DNA of 12,207 nucleotides, taken from an uncultured Oligoflexus sp. GTDB lineage: Bacteria > Bdellovibrionota_B > Oligoflexia > Oligoflexales > Oligoflexaceae. Shown here piece by piece: positions 1 to 5,938 of this stretch. Numbering within the stretch: position 1 is the first letter of the stretch; each line of letters opens with the position of its first letter. The stretch is taken from the NCBI GenBank assembly GCA_964236955.1, contig CAXSGP010000123.1, positions 1 through 12,207 on the forward strand. The letters run 5' to 3'. Under the pieces are notes generated by a model. That model saw only the letters and a list, made by a program, of their open reading frames with translations. It ran no database searches and was not told the DNA's origin. The position numbers were made by a program, and so were the translations under genes.

Positions 1-52
1 ACGAGTTTGCCTGTACTTTTCAATCACTTATCTCAAACGTCAACAGCCCCTA
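1..52. mobile_element. End of an IS-like element (probably IS5 family, IS427-like), extending left out of the window; terminal IR 34-50 followed by TA
   Basis: 34-52 CAAACGTCAACAGCCCCTA is the reverse complement of 12150-12168 TAGAGGCTGTTGACGTTTG at 18/19 positions. Frame 3 reads EFACTFQSLISNVNSP, loosely like IS5/IS427 transposase C-termini that run into the IR. The family call is from recall. Confidence 0.55.
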
Positions 53-65
53 TTTAATTTTCAAC

Positions 66-92
66 TGAAGTTAATTTCCCGGCTGCCGATAG
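66..92 (+). promoter_or_regulatory. Putative sigma28 (FliA)-type promoter
   Basis: TGAAGTTA(66-73)-N11-GCCGATAG(85-92) versus consensus TAAAGTTT-N11-GCCGATAA. Spacing is exact and the site lies 49 nt upstream of the ATG at 142. Confidence 0.65.
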
Positions 93-141
93 AGGATTGA
101 GGGGAGGCCTCTCCTTCGTCGACTATGGGAGCGTTTAAACA

Positions 142-1701
142 ATGAAGCGACTGCTTACGGCAATCGTGGGCTTTTTAAGTATCTCAACTCTTGGTGTTTC
201 CGCTGACCTGGTCTTACTTAGGCAAGCCGAGAAAATCTCTCTCACACTTACCGCAAAACCTCTTAGCGACGAGCTTCGCCACAGCTTTCTTAATGGTAAA
301 ATCACCCTGGAGGAGCTTGCCGACAAGCTCAGCAGCGATCCGGATTTTATTGAGAACTTTGCGCTCTTTTATACGCGGACCTTAGGCTTTCAGTTGCCGT
401 TTCATGCTTACGAGATACGGGACGCCGAAAATAATGAAGAGTTCGGCTCGATCACCTCCCAGCAGTATCCTGAGGGCTATAACGCTGAGTATGCAACAAC
501 TTACAATAAGGAGCACATGGAGAGAAACGCAATGGCCATGCGCGGCCCTTTGCAAGTGAAACTCAAGGATTGCCCGGAGGGACCTATACTCCATTTTTCA
601 GCCAATCCTGTTTCCATTGCCAGTGTGATTAAGGCGGCCAATGCAGGTGTCGGGCCTGATGGTAAAGCGGTTCTGGAAGGGACTCTGCCCTTTTGGAAAG
701 AAATTCTCCCGATCTATGAGCGGGGCGATCTGCCATGCGGCAGCAATTTTGTCGATGTGAAACCCTGGTGGGATCCGGTACAGGTCACCGTCGATAGCAA
801 GTATCGCGGCCTGACTTCGTACAAGGCAACGCCTCTCGTTGTGGAGCATTGCGGCGGCACGGACCTTAAGCTTTGCAATACTACCAGTCTTGGGGACAGG
901 GATCGTTTTACCGATCTTTTCAACCGGGACCTGATGATGGAGCCGGGTTACCTTATTGCGCACACTGTTGCTGAGGATAGACCATTCACCGAGGTCGTGA
1001 CGGGCACCGAGACGATCATGACCGGAACCTATGGGACCTGGATGACCTTCAATGGCGCCAAGATGTGGGCGAACTATCCAGGAGGATCGATTGACGACAA
1101 AAATCACGCAATTTTTTCCAATCCAAACGCTGCTGATCGTAAGCATTACCGAATCAAGCGCAACACTCTGCATGCTGGTGTTCTCACCACTCCGGCTTAT
1201 CAGCTCCTGACCAACGGCCGTCGCGCAAAAGCCAACAAAGCCTACGAAACCTTCCTTTGTTCTAAGTTCGGAGTTCCCACCAATGCCAAGCCCGACCCAA
1301 GCGACTCAAACCCGGATCTGACCCAGCGCGCCTACTGCAGTATTTGCCATAAATCGCTTGAACCGATGGCTGCCTTCTTCAATCACTGGCCGTTAACGGG
1401 TCAACCGAATTATCTCTATAGCAATCGGGACAACACCGTGAACGACACGGGACGATTCTCAGGCCAGGACGGCAAAGGCGCAGCCGGCTTCGGCAAAATC
1501 ATGGCGGAGGCAGATGCCTTTGCCGAATGCACAGGCAAACGAGCCTTCGAGTTTGTGAATGGGCGCAAAATGACCACGGCTGAAATCGAAAGTCAGCTTC
1601 CCAGGTACGTGGCGCTACTCCGCTCATCGAAAATGAGCCTCCGGCCCGTGATAAAGGCGATGCTTGCCGATCCTCAATTTCTAAAACCTGTTAAGGAATG
1701 A
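142..1701 (+). CDS. Exported protein with one CxxCH (putative c-type heme) motif and DUF1588/DUF1585-like C-terminal half
   Basis: 519 aa ORF. Sec signal MKRLLTAIVGFLSISTLGVSA. GGGAG RBS at 127-131. Motifs HAGVLTTPAY..RRAKANKAYETFLC, YCSICHKSLEPMAAFF (CxxCH at nt 1336-1350) and FAECTGKRAFEFVNGR...LRPVIKAMLADPQF match the pattern of DUF1588/DUF1585 proteins. Confidence 0.8.
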   Translation: MKRLLTAIVGFLSISTLGVSADLVLLRQAEKISLTLTAKPLSDELRHSFLNGKITLEELADKLSSDPDFIENFALFYTRTLGFQLPFHAYEIRDAENNEEFGSITSQQYPEGYNAEYATTYNKEHMERNAMAMRGPLQVKLKDCPEGPILHFSANPVSIASVIKAANAGVGPDGKAVLEGTLPFWKEILPIYERGDLPCGSNFVDVKPWWDPVQVTVDSKYRGLTSYKATPLVVEHCGGTDLKLCNTTSLGDRDRFTDLFNRDLMMEPGYLIAHTVAEDRPFTEVVTGTETIMTGTYGTWMTFNGAKMWANYPGGSIDDKNHAIFSNPNAADRKHYRIKRNTLHAGVLTTPAYQLLTNGRRAKANKAYETFLCSKFGVPTNAKPDPSDSNPDLTQRAYCSICHKSLEPMAAFFNHWPLTGQPNYLYSNRDNTVNDTGRFSGQDGKGAAGFGKIMAEADAFAECTGKRAFEFVNGRKMTTAEIESQLPRYVALLRSSKMSLRPVIKAMLADPQFLKPVKE

Positions 1702-1703
1702 AT

Positions 1704-2495
1704 ATGAAAGCTTCGCTCCTTATAGCTGCACTTGCCTGGCTAGGCGCATGCAAGGACGCCCCCCCTCGCTACAAGACCGGCAAAACCGCAGGCAATAGCG
1801 GGATCCCTGGTAGCACAACGACTCACAATGGTGAGGGTTCCGGCACCGCTTCCGGCCCCGCCGCCGGTGGTGGCGTCATGGGGGGCGAAGTGATAAATGC
1901 CCCGATCACCTATTCCCCTTCGCCAGGGAGTGCCATGCGTTTGATGGATGGCCGTGCTTTGACTTTGACTTATCAACGCATTTTTCCCCAAAGAGACTAT
2001 GGATTTGAAATATGTAAAGGCAACTCGGGTAACGCTTTCAGGGAACTGAGCGACTGCTCGGACACAATGTTTACACCGGAAGAACGGCCTTTTGTAGGCA
2101 CTGTGGATATCTATACGCCCCGCCTCAATCGTGGTCCTCAGAATCTTCGGCAGCCTGAAGATCTGACCCTGAATTATATGCGAACCCTTCGGGTGGGCCT
2201 CAGTCGAGAGTGTGACGCTTTAGTAATCAGGGAACATGCAGCCTTCCTCAGTGGGAAGACGGATGCAAACATTTTAATTAAAGCGGAGAAACCAGGCAAG
2301 ATTGTCGTGGAAGAATTCTTCCGGCGGATTATCGGCGCCGAAGGAACCAATATTCCAGTCGACTTTGGTATCGACGCTTATCTTGCAGCCTTTGCCCAAT
2401 ACACCGAAGGTAAAGTTGACGCCAACACCACCAAACAAGCTTATTACGGACTTTGCATTGCCGTTGCCATGGATCCCCAGGTCTTCATTTACTGA
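1704..2495 (+). CDS. Lipoprotein of unknown function
   Basis: Lipobox MKASLLIAALAWLGA-C, then a Gly/Ser/Thr-rich tether and a globular domain with four further Cys ending AYYGLCIAVAMDPQVFIY. AAGGA at 1693-1697 favours the ATG at 1704. The alternative ATG at 1698 overlaps the upstream stop (ATGA). Confidence 0.8.
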   Translation: MKASLLIAALAWLGACKDAPPRYKTGKTAGNSGIPGSTTTHNGEGSGTASGPAAGGGVMGGEVINAPITYSPSPGSAMRLMDGRALTLTYQRIFPQRDYGFEICKGNSGNAFRELSDCSDTMFTPEERPFVGTVDIYTPRLNRGPQNLRQPEDLTLNYMRTLRVGLSRECDALVIREHAAFLSGKTDANILIKAEKPGKIVVEEFFRRIIGAEGTNIPVDFGIDAYLAAFAQYTEGKVDANTTKQAYYGLCIAVAMDPQVFIY

Positions 2496-2510
2496 GCTAG
2501 GAGCCCTCCG

Positions 2511-3911
2511 ATGTTTATCGATCGACGTGGAATTTTGAAGATTGCGGGTGCCTCGGCGGCAACCCTCCTTATGAACCGCCGGTCGCTTGCAGCTGAAGAT
2601 ATGCCTATACCGAAGAGCAACCGTTTTTTGCTCTATATTCATTTTGGTTCGGCCTGCGGTATGGCATCAGGTTTGATTCAACCGGTAAAGGTGAACGCCT
2701 GGCCTCTCGGGTTTTTTCAAAACGGCGCTCCCGTAGGATCCAATAATCCTTTGCTTAACCAGCATACGGCTGCAGGGAACATGTTTTTCCATGACTATCT
2801 TAAGTTCCTGGCACCCATGGCGAAAGACATGTGCCTGATCAATGGTTCCCCGATGTCCCTCGATCACGGTGTAGCCAAGAATCTGCAAACGCGGGGCAGC
2901 CCGCTGGCTTCGGTCAGCGCCGAATGGTCGATGGCAGTCGCTCAATTCATGAAGGGCGAAGCCCGTAAAAACCCGATGGTGATCACGGAGGGCGTAAAGG
3001 CGCCCAGTGTCAGCGATATTACGCAAATCCGAGCCGCCAGTATGGATGAATTTCAAAACATCACGACCGATCTGAAACTGATTCGGGATCGGAATCTTGA
3101 TCCGTTCTGGAACGCCCTGAAACAAAGATTTGCCCTTGTTGCTCCGGGGACCGTGCATATCAACGAGTCTTTGGCCGGCGCCGCAAAATATCAGATCGAC
3201 ACTTTAACCAAAGGCCTGCCTGAGCTTGCCGCCGCCAGCGCTGACACCGATGGTTTGCGAAAGATGTTGGGTGGCGATCCGCTCAATCAGACAATTTTAG
3301 CCTGCGCGGACCGACAGGCGATCGAGGCTGCCCGGAATGAAAAATTTAGGGAACAGTTGATCCTTGCTGGGACCTTGGCAAAAACAGGCCTGGCGAGTGG
3401 CATGACAATCGAACCGCTCTATGAGGACGCGCATTCGGGTGGTTCGGATGTAATTTCAGCCCGAAAGGCATCGGCAGCCTGGGCTTATATTTCACTATTC
3501 TGGCAATGGGTGAAGCTGCAGGGTTTGCAGGATGATGTCATGATCATCGTCAGTCAGGAGTTTGCGCGATCGCCCTATAACAAAGACAGTATGAACCTTG
3601 TGGTCAAAGATGCAGCCGGTGGCAACCTCACGGTAAACGCGGCCGGACGCGACCATGGGCTTAGCATGGGGACGATGTTTATCAATGCTAGAGTGCCGAA
3701 CAACGGTCGCATTGGAATGATCGGGGATAATATGGCCCCACAGGCCACTAAAGATGCCAAAGGCACAGTCGATACTTCCAAGCCACCCTTCACTTCGGTG
3801 AATATAGTGGGCAGCATGCTGATGCGGGTGTTTGACGATCTCTATCCAACCGAACGGATGGTGCGAAAGCATTGGCCGGATTTTGTGCCGATCGAAACTA
3901 TTATTGCCTAA
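2511..3911 (+). CDS. Tat-exported DUF1501-like protein
   Basis: 466 aa. Twin-arginine signal IDRRGILK...SLA|AE. AGGAG RBS at 2499-2503. Motifs YEDAHSG (cf. WDTH), DDVMIIVSQEFARSP (cf. DDTLVVxxSEFGRTP) and GRDHG are typical of DUF1501. Confidence 0.8.
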   Translation: MFIDRRGILKIAGASAATLLMNRRSLAAEDMPIPKSNRFLLYIHFGSACGMASGLIQPVKVNAWPLGFFQNGAPVGSNNPLLNQHTAAGNMFFHDYLKFLAPMAKDMCLINGSPMSLDHGVAKNLQTRGSPLASVSAEWSMAVAQFMKGEARKNPMVITEGVKAPSVSDITQIRAASMDEFQNITTDLKLIRDRNLDPFWNALKQRFALVAPGTVHINESLAGAAKYQIDTLTKGLPELAAASADTDGLRKMLGGDPLNQTILACADRQAIEAARNEKFREQLILAGTLAKTGLASGMTIEPLYEDAHSGGSDVISARKASAAWAYISLFWQWVKLQGLQDDVMIIVSQEFARSPYNKDSMNLVVKDAAGGNLTVNAAGRDHGLSMGTMFINARVPNNGRIGMIGDNMAPQATKDAKGTVDTSKPPFTSVNIVGSMLMRVFDDLYPTERMVRKHWPDFVPIETIIA

Positions 3912-3979
3912 TTCAATGGCACTGTATCGAACGATATCTATTGAGGAAAACGAAAGATCCCAATCGTGGAAGGTTAAAG

Positions 3980-3998
3980 TCAGCCGCGAACGGGCTGA
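3980..3998 (+). terminator. Possible weak terminator hairpin after the operon
   Basis: TCAGCC-7 nt-GGCTGA about 70 nt after the stop, followed by ATAAATTTT. There is no clean U-tract. Confidence 0.3.
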
Positions 3999-4296
3999 AT
4001 AAATTTTGAAATGTGGTAATTTTACGAAAAAATTGTTTTGATCCAAGTCCACTTTATCCCTCAGCGTCATGGACGATAAATTAAAGCATAGCTGAACCAG
4101 CGCTTGCCGTTAGCTACGTACGCTTGAATAGCCCTGCAGACTGCATCGGCAGATCATGAAAATGAGTTTTGGGAAACATTATAAAATGGGAAGGGCCGCT
4201 GATGAGGTCTCTCATGGCTCAGAGCCTTGGTTAAGAAAAAAAATTAATGGGCCGGCATCGGCTCGGAACCGCGCCGACCGCATAGGAATCGTTCGC

Positions 4297-4323
4297 TTAA
4301 AGACCCTTTCGATTCGCCGAAAT
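4297..4323 (+). promoter_or_regulatory. Possible second sigma28-type promoter upstream of the protease gene
   Basis: TTAAAGAC-N11-GCCGAAAT (or TAAAGACC-N10-GCCGAAAT), about 260 nt upstream of the ATG at 4584. Confidence 0.35.
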
Positions 4324-4583
4324 AATGCCACTCTTCGTAGCCACGATGCTACCCATCAAAAATATTTTTATTACTACAACCCAACGATACCCTTGCAAAT
4401 ACCGAAATTATTTTGATCTGCGACCCTGACAATAATTTATAGACCGCCTCAGGCCCCACTGATAGGGATGATGGATAAGTATGCTTACGTTCTTTTCCCC
4501 ATGATTTTTTGGAGAGGAATGCTGATCAGCTTTAATGATTTCGTACGCTCACTTTCCAATACCGACTTGAGGAGATCTATTTC

Positions 4584-5720
4584 ATGCCCGTTTATAAAAC
4601 ACTCCTTGTTTTTGCAGCTTCCCTCCTGGCTTCATGTGGAGCTAAGAACATCGAGCAACCGTCGAACCCATCGTCCCTGGTACAAGACATCGCCCAAGCT
4701 CGATGGCCAAATCCTCGTATGGTGCCTGTGTGTTTGGTGAATCGTTCGGAAGTCGGTCAGGGGCTCTTGGATGACCTAAAGAATCATGTCAAGCGCGAAT
4801 ATGCCCGCCTTGCCGGAATTGGGCTGATTGGTTGGAATGACTGTGGCCCTGATGACTTCAACAAGACAATGATCCGTGTATTCTTTAAAAAGGTATATGA
4901 CTGGTCGAGCGGGGATCCTTCTATCGCTGGCGCAGGTCTAACAATATTGGGAATGACGTCGGCGGATTGCGGACCGGATTGCCGAGGCGGCACGATGAAG
5001 ATTGAAATCGGCCAAGGGGGCGATTACCCCCCCGGCTGGCCAGCCTTTGTCGTCAACGTTACCAGGGCCACTATGGTTCATGAATTCGGTCATGCCCTTG
5101 GACTTGCGCATGAGCATGAAAGGACAGACGCTTATGGTTGCAAATATGATCAGATAAAGACATACGCCAGTGATGACTATAAATATATTGGTGGTTTTGA
5201 TCCCAATTCGATCATGAGCTATTGCCATCCCGTTGACCAAATCACCTTAAGTAATGGTGATATTGAAGGCTTAAAATTCCTTTATCCCATGACCGCAAAC
5301 CTTGCCGGCAGCGTGAGCATTCGGAATGCCGCCTCGGATAAATGCATCGATATCCCAGACTATACCTTTGAGCCAACTGCCCATATCGAGCAGTTCAATT
5401 GCAATGGAGGCCTGCGAAACCAGCTGTTCCGTCTCCATGATGTTGGCAATGGGGAATATGAAATCCGGAGTTCAAATACTGACTTATGTCTCGACGTCAG
5501 CAACCAAAATACCGGATTTGGCGCCAAAGTCGAACAGTTTTTCTGCCGAGGCACGGGCAACCAAAAGGTGCGTATTCTCGATAGAGGCAACGGTCTGCAC
5601 TCTTTCCAGTTCGTCCACAGTGGACTTTGCCTCGATGTACCAGAGGGAAAGTCGGACAATGGGCTACAGCTTCAGCAATGGGAATGTAACAACTCTCCTG
5701 CGCAAAGTTTTCAATATTAA
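4584..5720 (+). CDS. Lipoprotein zinc metalloprotease (metzincin, astacin/M12A-like) with C-terminal ricin-B lectin domain
   Basis: AGGAG RBS at 4570-4574. Lipobox LLAS-C18. HEFGHALGLAHEHERTD zinc motif and Met-turn SIMSY. Three ricin-type repeats: KCIDI..QFNCNG..NQLF, LCLDV..QFFCRG..NQKV, LCLDV..QWECN..AQSF. Confidence 0.9.
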   Translation: MPVYKTLLVFAASLLASCGAKNIEQPSNPSSLVQDIAQARWPNPRMVPVCLVNRSEVGQGLLDDLKNHVKREYARLAGIGLIGWNDCGPDDFNKTMIRVFFKKVYDWSSGDPSIAGAGLTILGMTSADCGPDCRGGTMKIEIGQGGDYPPGWPAFVVNVTRATMVHEFGHALGLAHEHERTDAYGCKYDQIKTYASDDYKYIGGFDPNSIMSYCHPVDQITLSNGDIEGLKFLYPMTANLAGSVSIRNAASDKCIDIPDYTFEPTAHIEQFNCNGGLRNQLFRLHDVGNGEYEIRSSNTDLCLDVSNQNTGFGAKVEQFFCRGTGNQKVRILDRGNGLHSFQFVHSGLCLDVPEGKSDNGLQLQQWECNNSPAQSFQY

Positions 5721-5730
5721 TAGCGTGGGC

Positions 5731-5907
5731 GCGCCTGGTCGATCATTCGGGTCATCAGGCCTCCTTACTGCGCATGCAATGACCAGGCGCAAGCCGCTGC
5801 TTGATGGCTGCTGGGCCTTTTGGCCATTAAGCTGGATCCAGCCTCGCGGCCCCCAGCTTTTGAATGGTGGATGAAGGCTGCGCATTCAATCGAATGGCAG
5901 CTCCTTC
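5731..5907. repeat. Cluster of three inverted repeats between convergent genes
   Basis: GCGCCTGGTC(5731-40)/GACCAGGCGC(5781-90). CCATT-AAGCTGG(5824-35)/CCAGCTT..AATGG(5853-67). GAAG-GCTGC-g-CATTC aatc GAATG-GCAGC-tc-CTTC(5873-5907). Confidence 0.55.
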
Positions 5908-5938
5908 GCCCCTCTTTACCTGAACTTTTGGGATTTCA

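Noticed and set aside
125..145. 6-codon uORF MGAFKQ* overlapping the ORF1 start (ATGA)
   Set aside because: No suitably spaced RBS, and ORF1 has its own GGGAG. Likely chance.
4199..4240. CTGATGAG resembling a hammerhead ribozyme core
   Set aside because: No stem II closed directly by GAAA and no stem I/III pairing found.
4156..4416. 86-aa ORF in the intergenic region
   Set aside because: No clear RBS or recognisable motif and the composition is not protein-like. It cannot be fully excluded.
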